Assembly: GCA_043745805.1 (NCBI GenBank)
Contig: JAYTSD010000004.1
Coordinates: 64,001 to 128,000, forward strand
Direction of reading: 5' to 3'
DNA length: 64,000 nt
Source of the DNA: Fibrobacteria bacterium
GTDB lineage: Bacteria; Fibrobacterota; Fibrobacteria; UBA11236
Shown: positions 1-10,384 of the stretch, in pieces
Layout of the letters: each line of letters opens with the position of its first letter
Position numbering within the stretch: position 1 is the first letter of the stretch
Made by a program: the position numbers and the translations under genes
Notes under the pieces: model-generated
The model's input: the letters and a program-made list of their open reading frames with translations, nothing else
What the model was told of the DNA's origin: nothing
The model's database searches: none

Positions 1-2
1 TC

Positions 3-650
3 TTGATGAAGATCGCAAAATTTGTACAAGAAGGTGGTCCTGTTGAATATATGATTCTGGGCCTCCTCGCTTTAGGATTCTCCATAATGGGAGAGCGCAT
101 TTGGTTTTTTTATGTTAAATGTCGGATCAACTCCAAACAATTGCTGGCTGATGTCACCGCACTCATTCGCAAAGAAAAACCAATGGATGCCAGAAAGCTT
201 TGCAGCCAAACTAAAACACCCTTAGGATATATTCTCGAAGCAGGTATTTGGAAATTCGAACAAGCCGGTTCGCCACAAGAAATAAAAGATGCCGTGGAAG
301 AAGTGGCTTTACGAGAAATACCTCGCTTACAAAAACGCACGCATTATTTAGGCTTGCTCGCCAATCTATGTACTCTGGTAGGATTGCTCGGAACTATTTT
401 TGGATTGCAAGAAGCTTTTTCCGCTTTAGAAGCGGCCGACCCTTCCCAAAAGAGTAAACTTTTAGCGCGTGGTATCACCTTAGCACTTAATGCCACGGCC
501 TTAGGATTAATGTCGGCAATGATATGCATGTCTGCCTTTTCCTATTTGGGCGCACGCTCCAACTTTCTATTAGAACAGGTCGATGAAACGGTTTTGCGCT
601 TACTGAATTTTTTAAATGCGCAAAAAAAACCGCTTGTGGAAAAGCCCTAG
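3..650 (+). CDS. MotA/TolQ/ExbB proton channel family protein (AglR-like); start may lie at or beyond the window edge
   Basis: TM segments with TLVGLLGTIFGL and GITLALNATALGL, typical ExbB/TolQ motifs. Confidence 0.9.
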   Translation: MMKIAKFVQEGGPVEYMILGLLALGFSIMGERIWFFYVKCRINSKQLLADVTALIRKEKPMDARKLCSQTKTPLGYILEAGIWKFEQAGSPQEIKDAVEEVALREIPRLQKRTHYLGLLANLCTLVGLLGTIFGLQEAFSALEAADPSQKSKLLARGITLALNATALGLMSAMICMSAFSYLGARSNFLLEQVDETVLRLLNFLNAQKKPLVEKP

Positions 651-662
651 TCGGAATTTCCT

Positions 663-1142
663 TTGAGATCTAAAAGCCACAGCTCCCGCGAAAGCGCTAT
701 CCCAGCGGAGCCAATTGATTTAGATATGACACCTATGATGAATATGCTCATCATTTTAATCTCCTTTCTAGTCACCATGGTAGTCTTTACGCATCTTGCA
801 GTAATCAAATTTAGTCTTCCTCCTGGGCAAGGCAATGCGGCAGCCGATACGAGTACTGCACCTAAAGGTGCGGAAGTAGATATTACGGTTTTGGTTTCGG
901 AAGAAGGTTATCGCATTATTGGCGAGGGACGCAAACTCGATCCCATTCCAAAAAATAAAGGCCAATATGATTTACCCACCTTAGGTAAATATTTGCAAAA
1001 ATTAAAAGAAGAATTTGCAACTGCCGAAACCGTGGTGTTACTCATAGATACCTCAGTTATTTATCAAGATGTAATTTCCACTATGGATCAATGCCGCGAA
1101 AGCAAATTTCCAAAAATACTTTTATCCGGTGGTTTTGAATGA
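663..1142 (+). CDS. ExbD/TolR family protein
   Basis: LDMTPMMNMLIILISFL single TM, periplasmic domain ending YQDVISTMD. Confidence 0.88.
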   Translation: MRSKSHSSRESAIPAEPIDLDMTPMMNMLIILISFLVTMVVFTHLAVIKFSLPPGQGNAAADTSTAPKGAEVDITVLVSEEGYRIIGEGRKLDPIPKNKGQYDLPTLGKYLQKLKEEFATAETVVLLIDTSVIYQDVISTMDQCRESKFPKILLSGGFE

Positions 1143-1621
1143 GTTTAAAGCGTCGGAAAACAACTGAAGCTATTAAACCGCAAATGACATCTTTAGTCGA
1201 TGTCCTTACAGTTTTAGTTTTTTTTCTATTAAAAAACTTTTCTACCGAAGGCGATATATTAACGCCTTCCAAAAATCTGGAATTACCTGTAAGCACTGCC
1301 ATTGCGAGGCCCGAAAAAGTTTTAACTATATCCATTAGTCGTGAAAATATTCTAGCGGATGGCCAAGCCATCGCGTCGGTAGGAGAAGAAGCGGCACGCA
1401 AAGACATTAATATCCCAGCTTTAGCGGAATGGTTAATAGAGCAAAGAAAAAATACCGAAGAGATTGCTCAATACGATGCTAATGTGAGTTTCAAAGGGGA
1501 TTTAGTGATTCAAGGCGATAAACAAATCCCGTACTGGTTACTACAAAAAGTACTGCATACCTGCGGAGAAAATGGATATGGTTCTTTTTCCTTAGCCGTA
1601 TTACAAAAAAATGATGGATAA
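1139..1621 (+). CDS. Second ExbD/TolR family protein
   Basis: MTSLVDVLTVLVFFLL with conserved Asp, IQGDKQIPY motif; ATGA overlap with previous gene. Confidence 0.88.
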   Translation: MSLKRRKTTEAIKPQMTSLVDVLTVLVFFLLKNFSTEGDILTPSKNLELPVSTAIARPEKVLTISISRENILADGQAIASVGEEAARKDINIPALAEWLIEQRKNTEEIAQYDANVSFKGDLVIQGDKQIPYWLLQKVLHTCGENGYGSFSLAVLQKNDG

Positions 1622-2627
1622 AGAAACCGAAAAAACCAAGGTGCAAAACTATCGGGGAGGAATATTCGATCAAATCGACACGCCGGCAATAATCAGTTTT
1701 TTCATTTGTTTACTTTTATTCATCCTTTTGATTTTAGGTGTACATTCCATTGATTATAAACCTTTAGAAAAAGCGACCTTAGATAATATTTCCGATCGTG
1801 TAGCAAAAATTTTAGTTCCCCAAAGGCTCGCAAAAAAAAAATCAGCGACACCCTTAGCTAAATCAACCGTAACACGTAATTCCAAAAACCATGAAACGTC
1901 GAGTCCATCCGGAACGCAAAATGCAGCGTTAAATCGTATTGAGCGCTCGCGTAAAAGCGTACAATCACAAATCACCCACACACAAGAACGCATAACTAAA
2001 GCCGCGGTATTAAACATATTATCGGGAAGTGGGCCGGGCACACAAGGTCCAAGCGTAGGACATAGTCGCAAAAGTAATACGCAGGATGAATGGGGAAACT
2101 TAGACCAAAAGTTAAACTCGATTGAAGGTTTAACTAAAGTAGATGCGAAGCATGGGAGCATTAATCGTGACGGCTATAGCGCAAATGCCTTAAATGAAGA
2201 TGAGGCAAAAACTTCTGCAATAGAGCATTTAGCTAAAGGATTTAAAAACGCCAAAGTAAGTAGCATTGCAAAAATTGGAAGCCTAGAAGTTGAAAAACCA
2301 GAAATTTTGGGAAAATCTGCACGTTATACTGGAAACCGTGACTTGCAGGAAGTGGCTGCATTTATTGGGCGAAATCAAGGTGCTGTGAGTTTGCTCTATG
2401 AAGAGAAATTAAAAATCAATCCCAGTTTAGAAGGTAAAATCACTTTAGTCATCACCATTGAAGCCGATGGAAGAGTTTCTACGGTAAGAATTTTAAATAG
2501 TGAAACAACCTTGAATGATACTGGTTTTCAAAACGATTTAATTAGGAGAATAAAGAGTTGGGTTTTTCCACCCGCAACGGGAGGCCCTTTGGAAATGAAA
2601 TCGCCATTTATCTTTAAACCGGTTTAA
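1611..2627 (+). CDS. TonB-like energy transducer (AgmX/PglI/GltG-like C-terminal domain)
   Basis: N-terminal TM, long linker, C-terminal YEEKLKINPSLEGKITLVITIEADGRV...WVFP TonB-C-like domain. Confidence 0.8.
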   Translation: MMDKETEKTKVQNYRGGIFDQIDTPAIISFFICLLLFILLILGVHSIDYKPLEKATLDNISDRVAKILVPQRLAKKKSATPLAKSTVTRNSKNHETSSPSGTQNAALNRIERSRKSVQSQITHTQERITKAAVLNILSGSGPGTQGPSVGHSRKSNTQDEWGNLDQKLNSIEGLTKVDAKHGSINRDGYSANALNEDEAKTSAIEHLAKGFKNAKVSSIAKIGSLEVEKPEILGKSARYTGNRDLQEVAAFIGRNQGAVSLLYEEKLKINPSLEGKITLVITIEADGRVSTVRILNSETTLNDTGFQNDLIRRIKSWVFPPATGGPLEMKSPFIFKPV

Positions 2628-2631
2628 TATT

Positions 2632-3543
2632 ATGCCCTTTAGCAAATCAACTTATAATCTGACATTAGTATATTCATTAATGCTATTGATATTTAATAGT
2701 ATGCCCTTATCGGCTGCCGTCATTAAAGCGGGAATGACGCTAAGTATTGTGGTTAAAAATGATCCTGCCCTTTCCCAAATGGTAAAAGTTCAAGATAATG
2801 GCACGATTGATTATCCTTTGTATCAAGACGCTTCCGTGATTGATAAAACTACTAGTGAATTACAAGATTTATTAACTTATAAATTAGCCAAAGTGGTAGA
2901 CGCACCCTTAGTTTTAGTAACGCTACTGAATGAAGTCCCAATTAGTATTTATGTATTGGGACAAGTTAAAAAACCGGGTTTAGTTAATGTTTCGTCAAAA
3001 GCCAGTTTGCAAGAAGTGTTATTGTCCGCCTTAGGAACTACCGAACAAGCAGACTTACAAAAAATAAAAGTCGTTCACAAAAACCAAGGTGATGAAAATG
3101 CGAGTTTTTATGATTTGCAAAAATTTTTGAATTCAGGCGATTTAAATCTCCTACCAACTATACTCGATGGAGACAGAGTCATAGTACTCTCCAGCAAAAA
3201 ATCAAAGTATGTGAAAGTGTTAGGAGCTGTGGTAAAACCAGGTTTTTATCCAATTACCGAAAGTGCTTCCGTTTTTGATATGCTTTATTTAGCAGGTGGG
3301 CCTAGTCCTGAAGCGAATTTAAATAAAGTAAGAATTATTGGCGGTGCCCCTAATTTAGATTTTTTACTCGATATGCAAAAATTTATCGATGAAGGAAAAA
3401 CCGCTAATTTACCTTTGTTAAATGAAGGCGATGTCATTATTGTCTATAACAAAACCTTTACTTGGTCCAAAAGTTTAGAAGTGGTACGCGATTTAGTGAC
3501 CTTAGTTACGGCATGGTTTGTCATTTCACAGGTGATTAAATAA
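2632..3543 (+). CDS. wza: Polysaccharide export protein (OPX/Wza-like, SLBB domains)
   Basis: VQDNGTIDYP PES-like motif, two V-x-G-x-V-x-K-P-G SLBB repeats, C-terminal amphipathic helix. Confidence 0.8.
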   Translation: MPFSKSTYNLTLVYSLMLLIFNSMPLSAAVIKAGMTLSIVVKNDPALSQMVKVQDNGTIDYPLYQDASVIDKTTSELQDLLTYKLAKVVDAPLVLVTLLNEVPISIYVLGQVKKPGLVNVSSKASLQEVLLSALGTTEQADLQKIKVVHKNQGDENASFYDLQKFLNSGDLNLLPTILDGDRVIVLSSKKSKYVKVLGAVVKPGFYPITESASVFDMLYLAGGPSPEANLNKVRIIGGAPNLDFLLDMQKFIDEGKTANLPLLNEGDVIIVYNKTFTWSKSLEVVRDLVTLVTAWFVISQVIK

Positions 3544-3544
3544 T

Positions 3545-5683
3545 ATGGTTAGTCATGGTAAAAAGGAATTAGGACTTGGTGATTACGTTAACCTAGTCAA
3601 TAAGAACAAGTATGTTCTTGTCCTAAGCATTATTTCCTTTATGTTACCGACATGGTATTTTATTCATAAAGTACCCGATTATTTTATTGCAAGTAGTCAA
3701 ATCGTAATGGATGAGAAAAAGAATAATCTCATGCTTACCGAAGAACCTGCCATGCAAAAAAATATTGGCTATTATCGTGCAATATTTCAAAGCCAAGCTT
3801 TTCTTGATAAATTACAAGAGTCGCTATCCAAAGAATTAGATAAGGCTAAGGTTAAAACGAATCGTCACACTTACTTACTTGGGCATATCACCATGGAGGA
3901 AGGTAGTTTTGAATCATTCCTTTCAATAAAAAGCAAAACCCCTTCCCCGCAACTCAGCTATGCCTTAACTAAAACGGCTACCGATAGCCTCATTATCTTT
4001 TGTCGTAAAGTGGAAAATGAAGAAGTAGAAAATGCAGTGACGGCTATCCGTGAGCAAATTGAAATTTGTGTACGTAAACGAGACGATATTCAAAAAGAAA
4101 AAAATCTTTATACTGATGCCACGCAATTAGCAAATTTGGGAGACATGGCTGGCTTGAATGCCTTAGAAAAAAACTACCAAGAAGAACTGGTGAAGCTGGA
4201 ATTAGATAAAGCCAATTTAGAAGCTAAAAAAAATTATTTTCATGGACTGGATCAAGCTGTCAATAAGTCTTCGCAAGGACCAAATGATTCGGCACTTTTG
4301 GAATATCGCAAACAATTACATATTTTAGAAAAAGAAAAAGAAAAAATGTTACGTATGGGAATTCCCGTCTCCGCTGAAAGTAAAATCACTATTGATTTAC
4401 AAGCCGCTGAAGAAAAAATTGTGCGCCTCAGCAAAAAAAATGAACCGCAAGATTTAAATCTCCTTAATCAATGGCAAGGTACACGTAAAGAAGTGGTTGC
4501 TAGCGAAGCCGAATTGCAAATGAAAAAAGCCCGGCTCGATGCCTTTAAGCGGGCAATAGTCAACTATCGCCAAAACCATCCGGATTTAGGAAAACAAGAA
4601 ATTGAAATCCAACAGCTTGATGCTTTGCTTGAACGCTATCGCGAAACGCATAAACGCTTAACGGAAAGATTAGAAGATGCAGTTATTCATTTGCAAAGTA
4701 AATCGGGAGGCTTAAAACTTGTGGATGCTGCTCAAGTCCCTACAGATCCTATTCCAAGACGCGACTTGGTGTTCTATCTCATATCTTTGCTTATTGGCTT
4801 AGCTGCAGGCATTGCATTAGGTTTAGTTCGTGAATTTATGGACGACAGTGTAAAATCTCCGGATGATGTTGAAAAACGCTTAGGACTTACTTTATTGGGA
4901 ACTATTCCCCATGTTACCGTCAAAAAAACGGATATTGAAATTCGTCGTAACTTTAAAAAGGACAATCGTACCACTATCAATAATAAATATCCTGAATTAT
5001 TATTAAGCGCCGAAAATCAAGAAAGTATTGTAGCCGAAGCCTATCGTTCCTTAAGAACCAATATCGTTTTTGCCAGCCCCGATAAAACTATTCAAACCTT
5101 ATTAATTAGTAGCAGTGGACCGGGCGAAGGAAAATCACTCACCATGGCCAATACGGCTTTAACCTTTGCGCAACAAGGCGAGCCTACTTTAATTATTGAC
5201 ACCGATTTACGTCGTCCAGTGACACATCATCTTTTTGGATTTGACCGAGGTCCGGGTTTTGGGGAATTATTTGCAGGTTCACGTACTCTCGATGAGGTAA
5301 TACGCAAGGTACCTGGAACTAATTTAAATTTAATCACCGCGGGTGCTTATACGCCTAATCCAGCTGAACTATTAGGTTCAAAAAAAATGGATAGTTTATT
5401 AGAAGAATTAAAAAAGCGTTTTCGTTTTATCCTTTTTGATACGCCTCCGGTTATCGCCGTAACCGATGCCTGTATTTTAGCCACCAAGGTAGATGGGGCG
5501 GTCATTGTGATCCGTGCGGGAAAAACAAGCTTAGCCGTTAGCGAAAGAACATTACAAAGTTTAAGGAATGTAAATGGCAAAGTACTAGGATGTATTTTAA
5601 ATGATGTGGATTTAACTAAAGGCTATAGCTCTTATGGATATTATAAACATTATTATCACAATTACGTCACCAAAAAAGATTAA
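3545..5683 (+). CDS. wzc: Polysaccharide co-polymerase / BY tyrosine kinase
   Basis: Two TMs, coiled coil, AEAYRSLRTN, Walker A GPGEGKS, IDTDLRRP, DTPP, C-terminal Tyr cluster GYSSYGYYKHYYHNY. Confidence 0.93.
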   Translation: MVSHGKKELGLGDYVNLVNKNKYVLVLSIISFMLPTWYFIHKVPDYFIASSQIVMDEKKNNLMLTEEPAMQKNIGYYRAIFQSQAFLDKLQESLSKELDKAKVKTNRHTYLLGHITMEEGSFESFLSIKSKTPSPQLSYALTKTATDSLIIFCRKVENEEVENAVTAIREQIEICVRKRDDIQKEKNLYTDATQLANLGDMAGLNALEKNYQEELVKLELDKANLEAKKNYFHGLDQAVNKSSQGPNDSALLEYRKQLHILEKEKEKMLRMGIPVSAESKITIDLQAAEEKIVRLSKKNEPQDLNLLNQWQGTRKEVVASEAELQMKKARLDAFKRAIVNYRQNHPDLGKQEIEIQQLDALLERYRETHKRLTERLEDAVIHLQSKSGGLKLVDAAQVPTDPIPRRDLVFYLISLLIGLAAGIALGLVREFMDDSVKSPDDVEKRLGLTLLGTIPHVTVKKTDIEIRRNFKKDNRTTINNKYPELLLSAENQESIVAEAYRSLRTNIVFASPDKTIQTLLISSSGPGEGKSLTMANTALTFAQQGEPTLIIDTDLRRPVTHHLFGFDRGPGFGELFAGSRTLDEVIRKVPGTNLNLITAGAYTPNPAELLGSKKMDSLLEELKKRFRFILFDTPPVIAVTDACILATKVDGAVIVIRAGKTSLAVSERTLQSLRNVNGKVLGCILNDVDLTKGYSSYGYYKHYYHNYVTKKD

Positions 5684-5743
5684 TGCTTCTTGCGCATTCT
5701 TTGCACAAGTTTTAATAACCAATTGATATAGGTCACTCACGAT

Positions 5744-7357
5744 ATGCAGGAACAACTCCGAAAAATTCTTTGGAATTGTTTTCATTTCTTTTTTTCCAAT
5801 ATTTTAAGTTTTGGATTAGGGCTAGTGGCTTCCGTAGTGATGGCACGTACCTTAGGACCCAATGATTTAGGAATATATCATCAAGTGGCCTGGTTTTCGG
5901 GAACGGTTTCCGTGATAATTTCCTTAGGATTTATTACATCCATCACAAAATTTACGGCTCAGTATAAAGCGGCTGGACAAACCGCACGTATTGGAGCGGC
6001 CATTCGTTTTATTTTTATAGTAGAAGGGGGCATGGCGCTTGTTTCTACCCTTGGACTACTACTATTTGCCTCACATATTGCAGACTACTATTTCAATCCC
6101 AAACAAGTATGGCTTTTTAGTTTGTCTTTTATTGCCATTACACCGGGCATACAAACGGCAATTTTTTCTGCTACCTTAGAAGGAGCGCAAATTTTTAAAT
6201 ATCAAACCGTACATGCCTTTACGGTTACTCCTTTGGCAATCATTACCAAAGTCTATTTATTAATTAATCATTATGGATTAATCTCCTTATTCTGGTGCAA
6301 TTTAGCCTTTGCGGTGATTAATCTCAGTTTTTTTTATTGGGCCGTAAAGCGCGAAGGTCTATTACAAAATTGGCGCAACCCCAAAGAAATTGAAAGCGAT
6401 GTACGAAAAGAAATCTGGAAATATAATCGCTCATTAATTGGCATTCATTTTTTAGATCTCATTGTTTGGTCGCGTTCCGAAAATTATTTTTTAGGTCGCT
6501 TTTGCGCCGCCCCCCAAATTGCCTATTACAATCTCGCTCAAAATTTGGTTGCAAAATTAACCGGTTTAATTCCCACCCTGATGTGGAAATTATTGTTACC
6601 CTTAACCGCTGCACAACATGGACGATCCGAACATGAAAAGCTCCATCGTACATTTACGCAATCATTGCGTATCTCAGGGCTTGCCGCTTTTCCCACCATC
6701 GTAACTTGCTTTATTTCCGCTTATGAATTAATTATAATTTTTTTTGGCCATGAATATTCCGAAGTAAAAAACTGCTTTCAAGTACTCTGTATTGGCGCCT
6801 TATTTACCTCCCTCACACAAGCAGGATCTGCGGCTATCTACGCCAGTAATCGGCAAAAATTTATTCTTTATTATGGCAGTGTCTTGGCGGTTTTAAATTT
6901 AGGATTGAATTTTTATATCATTCCCAAATATGGTGCTATGGGTGCATCTATAAGTTACAGCTTAACTACTACCCTCGGAGTATTAGGAGGTTTTATTTTT
7001 ACTACGCAACAAATGCATTTAAAATTACCTTGGCGGGCTTGGCTAAAATGCGCCTTAGCTTCGGTAATTATGGCTGTGGTGCTAAGTAAATGTTTACATC
7101 AAGAATTTCTATTTTTTCATATTTTTGATTCTTTGCAAGTTTATTTAAAAAATCATATTGGCCATGATTTACATTATTTGCTAGGCGCTCGCACCGTACG
7201 TTTTGCATGCTCAATTTTCATCGCCATTTTAGTATATATTGTCGGAATTCTATTATTATTTCGCCCCAATGCGGATGACTTAAAAATGTTACATGCTTTA
7301 CAAAAAATATTTCCTAGAATTAATTTACGTATGCTTTATCGTAAAAAGGAAATATAA
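5744..7357 (+). CDS. wzx: Oligosaccharide flippase (Wzx/MOP family)
   Basis: ARTLGPNDLG N-terminal motif, many TMs, IPKYGAMGA. Confidence 0.85.
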   Translation: MQEQLRKILWNCFHFFFSNILSFGLGLVASVVMARTLGPNDLGIYHQVAWFSGTVSVIISLGFITSITKFTAQYKAAGQTARIGAAIRFIFIVEGGMALVSTLGLLLFASHIADYYFNPKQVWLFSLSFIAITPGIQTAIFSATLEGAQIFKYQTVHAFTVTPLAIITKVYLLINHYGLISLFWCNLAFAVINLSFFYWAVKREGLLQNWRNPKEIESDVRKEIWKYNRSLIGIHFLDLIVWSRSENYFLGRFCAAPQIAYYNLAQNLVAKLTGLIPTLMWKLLLPLTAAQHGRSEHEKLHRTFTQSLRISGLAAFPTIVTCFISAYELIIIFFGHEYSEVKNCFQVLCIGALFTSLTQAGSAAIYASNRQKFILYYGSVLAVLNLGLNFYIIPKYGAMGASISYSLTTTLGVLGGFIFTTQQMHLKLPWRAWLKCALASVIMAVVLSKCLHQEFLFFHIFDSLQVYLKNHIGHDLHYLLGARTVRFACSIFIAILVYIVGILLLFRPNADDLKMLHALQKIFPRINLRMLYRKKEI

Positions 7358-8547
7358 TGAAGCTGGTTTTTATTGATTCCGAACCTCCATTGACTCATGG
7401 CGGCGGCATTCGAACTTACTTACTCAATCATCTATCACTTGCGCAATCCGCTGGAATCACTACGGTAATTTATACGCATAATATTGAAGCCTATAAAGGC
7501 TACAATGCAAAGCCCATACACAGAAAACCCTGCTTATCTTGGCCATGGTTAAGCATCGCGCATCGATGGTTTTATGGAAATTTGGTAAACTTGGAATATG
7601 CTTATGGTTTAGTTTCGGTTTTAGAACAAGAAATCGAGCCACACACTATTTTTGAATTTCCTGATTATGGCGCTTATGGATTTTTTTGTTTCCAATCTCC
7701 CCGATTAGCACTGCATAGTTATATGCGTATTCATACACCGAGCTATTTGATTAGCCCCGCTGAAATAAATATTAAAAAGCGATTACAAGGTTATGTCATG
7801 GGGTTTTGTGAGCGATGGGCCATAAAAAGATCGCCTACTATTCTGGCTTTATCTGCTGCTTTTATGCAAGAAAAACTTCCTTGGATAAAATCCTATAAAA
7901 CCTTACTCCCCACTTTGCCTAGCCTTGCTAACATGGACTCTATTACCCCTTTAGCAGATTCATCTTTCCCAAATAAATCAGCATTGCAAATCTCAAAAAA
8001 AAAATCCCGCCGATTACTTTTTATCGGCAGAATAGAAAATCGCAAAGGAGTGCATGTTTTAGTATCGGCCTTTTTAAACTTTGTACAATCCCATCCAGAT
8101 TATGAATTACAGATTATAGGTAGCATTGGCGAACCTTCATACTATCAAACATTACTCCAACAACAAAACCAGCATCCTCAAGGCCAATCCATTCAGTTTT
8201 TACCGACTTGCACGCGCTCCGAATTATTTCAATCTATGCAAGAAGCCTTCTGTTTAATCATTCCTTCATTATGGGAAAATTGTCCCAATGTATTTTTCGA
8301 AGGATTAGCGGCGGGGATTTTTTGCTTAGTCTCCGCTACCGGTGAAATGAAAACCTTGGGTGAAAAAATGGGACTACCGCTTTTCAAACCAGGAGATAGC
8401 GAATCTTTAGAGGAGGCATTAATACACATTACCGCTTCCGATTTTCCTCGCCCAAATTTTATTGAAAAGCAAAACAATTTTTTGCGACAAGCTAAACCAC
8501 AAGGCGATTTGGACATTCTGAATTTTTACCATGAGAAAAGTGCATGA
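7357..8547 (+). CDS. Glycosyltransferase family 4
   Basis: FIGRIENRKG, PSLWENCPNVFFEGLAAG (EX7E). Confidence 0.88.
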   Translation: MKLVFIDSEPPLTHGGGIRTYLLNHLSLAQSAGITTVIYTHNIEAYKGYNAKPIHRKPCLSWPWLSIAHRWFYGNLVNLEYAYGLVSVLEQEIEPHTIFEFPDYGAYGFFCFQSPRLALHSYMRIHTPSYLISPAEINIKKRLQGYVMGFCERWAIKRSPTILALSAAFMQEKLPWIKSYKTLLPTLPSLANMDSITPLADSSFPNKSALQISKKKSRRLLFIGRIENRKGVHVLVSAFLNFVQSHPDYELQIIGSIGEPSYYQTLLQQQNQHPQGQSIQFLPTCTRSELFQSMQEAFCLIIPSLWENCPNVFFEGLAAGIFCLVSATGEMKTLGEKMGLPLFKPGDSESLEEALIHITASDFPRPNFIEKQNNFLRQAKPQGDLDILNFYHEKSA

Positions 8548-9785
8548 AAATTGGAATTATAAGTCGCGAATATCCACCCGATACCCATATAGGTGGGATT
8601 GGAACATACAGTCACATGGCGGCTACCCTACTCGCGGAAAATGGCCATGAAGTGCATGTATTTTGTAATGGCTTACAAACACACAAATCCATGCAAGAGG
8701 GTATCACCGTGCATCGTATTGCCATGCAAGCGCAAAAGTTTTGGAAGTCGAGAATTTGGTATTTATATCGAAAATGGTTTCGCAAAAATTTTCCCCATTT
8801 TTTGGAAGCGATTACTTGGGCACGATCTGTCGGCGATTATTTAAAAACTTGTGCCGAGTGGAAAATTTTAGAAGTATTGGAATACCCAGAAACCAATGGA
8901 GAAGGTGCCCTTCTTCCCCCAATTCCAAAAAATTTAAACGTCGTATGTCGCATTCATTCATCTTGGCTAAAAATTTATACCACCGGAAATTGGGAACAAA
9001 AAAAGCTATTGCGATTACAAAGAAAAAGTTGCGCTAAAGCACATAGAATTGTAAGTCCGAGCCAATACATGATCGAACATTATGCCTATTCCATTTTAGG
9101 CTTAAAACAAAAAGTAACTTTAAATAGAAACCCCTTAAGGCTTTGGCAAGAAAAACCCCCTCTCGAAAATAAAACCACTCAACATTTGCTTTTTGTAGGG
9201 CGTGTGGAGTATCGCAAAGGCTTAGATATTTTATTGGAGGCTCTTGATCAACTAGGCGATGCGGCTAAAGATTTAACCTTAAGGGTAGTCGGCGCTATGC
9301 ATCCTCATCAAGAAATTAGGGATGATCAATGCATTGAGATATTTAGGCAACACTTGAATTTATCACAAAATAAAAAACTGCCTTATACTTTGGAATATTT
9401 TCCAGCCGTACCCCAAAGCCAATTAAGAGAACATTATGATTGGGCAGGATTACTTATTTTACCCTCGCGTATGGACAATTTTCCTTATGTGGGATTAGAA
9501 GGTTTATCACGAGGCTGTTACTTAATTGCCAGCGATGTCGGGGGATTGCCGGAATTGCTGCTTCACAATAATTTTGGTAAAATCTTCCTCACAAAAAACA
9601 GCTTACTTTTGGGGCAAATTATACGACAATGTAGGGAACATGAAAGGGAGATTTTAAGCGGAATGGCGAATGCCGTACAAGGCATGGAATCTGCTTTTAG
9701 CGCAAAAGCTTGTTATCAACGTTTACTGGAAGCCTATGATAAAAAAGTTGGAGAAAAGGACAACACAACTTTACCCTTGGATTAA
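8544..9785 (+). CDS. Glycosyltransferase family 4
   Basis: EYPP..GGIGTY, FVGRVEYRKG, PSRMDNFPYVGLE. Confidence 0.88.
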   Translation: MKIGIISREYPPDTHIGGIGTYSHMAATLLAENGHEVHVFCNGLQTHKSMQEGITVHRIAMQAQKFWKSRIWYLYRKWFRKNFPHFLEAITWARSVGDYLKTCAEWKILEVLEYPETNGEGALLPPIPKNLNVVCRIHSSWLKIYTTGNWEQKKLLRLQRKSCAKAHRIVSPSQYMIEHYAYSILGLKQKVTLNRNPLRLWQEKPPLENKTTQHLLFVGRVEYRKGLDILLEALDQLGDAAKDLTLRVVGAMHPHQEIRDDQCIEIFRQHLNLSQNKKLPYTLEYFPAVPQSQLREHYDWAGLLILPSRMDNFPYVGLEGLSRGCYLIASDVGGLPELLLHNNFGKIFLTKNSLLLGQIIRQCREHEREILSGMANAVQGMESAFSAKACYQRLLEAYDKKVGEKDNTTLPLD

Positions 9786-10368
9786 AAGGGCCATTGATAT
9801 TTTAGGGGCATTTTTAGGATTAATGCTACTCTTCCTCTTATTCTTCATACTTGTTCCCATCATGAAATTAACTTCACCTGGTCCGATTTTTTTTGTGCAA
9901 ACAAGAGTAGGACAATATGGCCGTCATTTTAAATTCATAAAATTCCGTACCATGAATGTGAACGCTCATTTAAAACAATGGGAACTCGATAATTTAAATG
10001 AAACGGGTGGATTAACTTTTAAAGTTACCCATGACCCCCGTATTACAAAATTCGGTAATCTACTACGTAGAAGTAGTTTGGATGAAATGCCACAATTTTG
10101 GAATGTCCTCAAAGGCGAAATGTCTTTGATTGGGCCTCGCCCTCCTCTATTGCATGAAGTTTTACAATATAATGAAACCCAAAAAATACGCATGACGGTT
10201 CCCCAAGGCATGAGTGGATTATGGCAAGTGCGCGGCCGCTCTAATTTGAAATTTAAAGAAATGGTAGATTTAGATACTTATTATGCATTACATGCCAACG
10301 CCCATTTAGATTTAAAAATTTTAATTTCCACTTTACCCGCCGTCATATTAGGCCGAGGCTCAGCTTAA
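9736..10368 (+). CDS. Priming polyprenyl-phosphate sugar transferase (Bac_transf)
   Basis: KRAIDI, KFRTM, DPRIT, SLDEMPQFWNVLKGEMSLIGPRP; start moved from 9670 to the ATG at 9736 (inferred). Confidence 0.92.
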   Translation: MIKKLEKRTTQLYPWIKRAIDILGAFLGLMLLFLLFFILVPIMKLTSPGPIFFVQTRVGQYGRHFKFIKFRTMNVNAHLKQWELDNLNETGGLTFKVTHDPRITKFGNLLRRSSLDEMPQFWNVLKGEMSLIGPRPPLLHEVLQYNETQKIRMTVPQGMSGLWQVRGRSNLKFKEMVDLDTYYALHANAHLDLKILISTLPAVILGRGSA

Positions 10369-10384
10369 TATAAATAGGGCAAAT

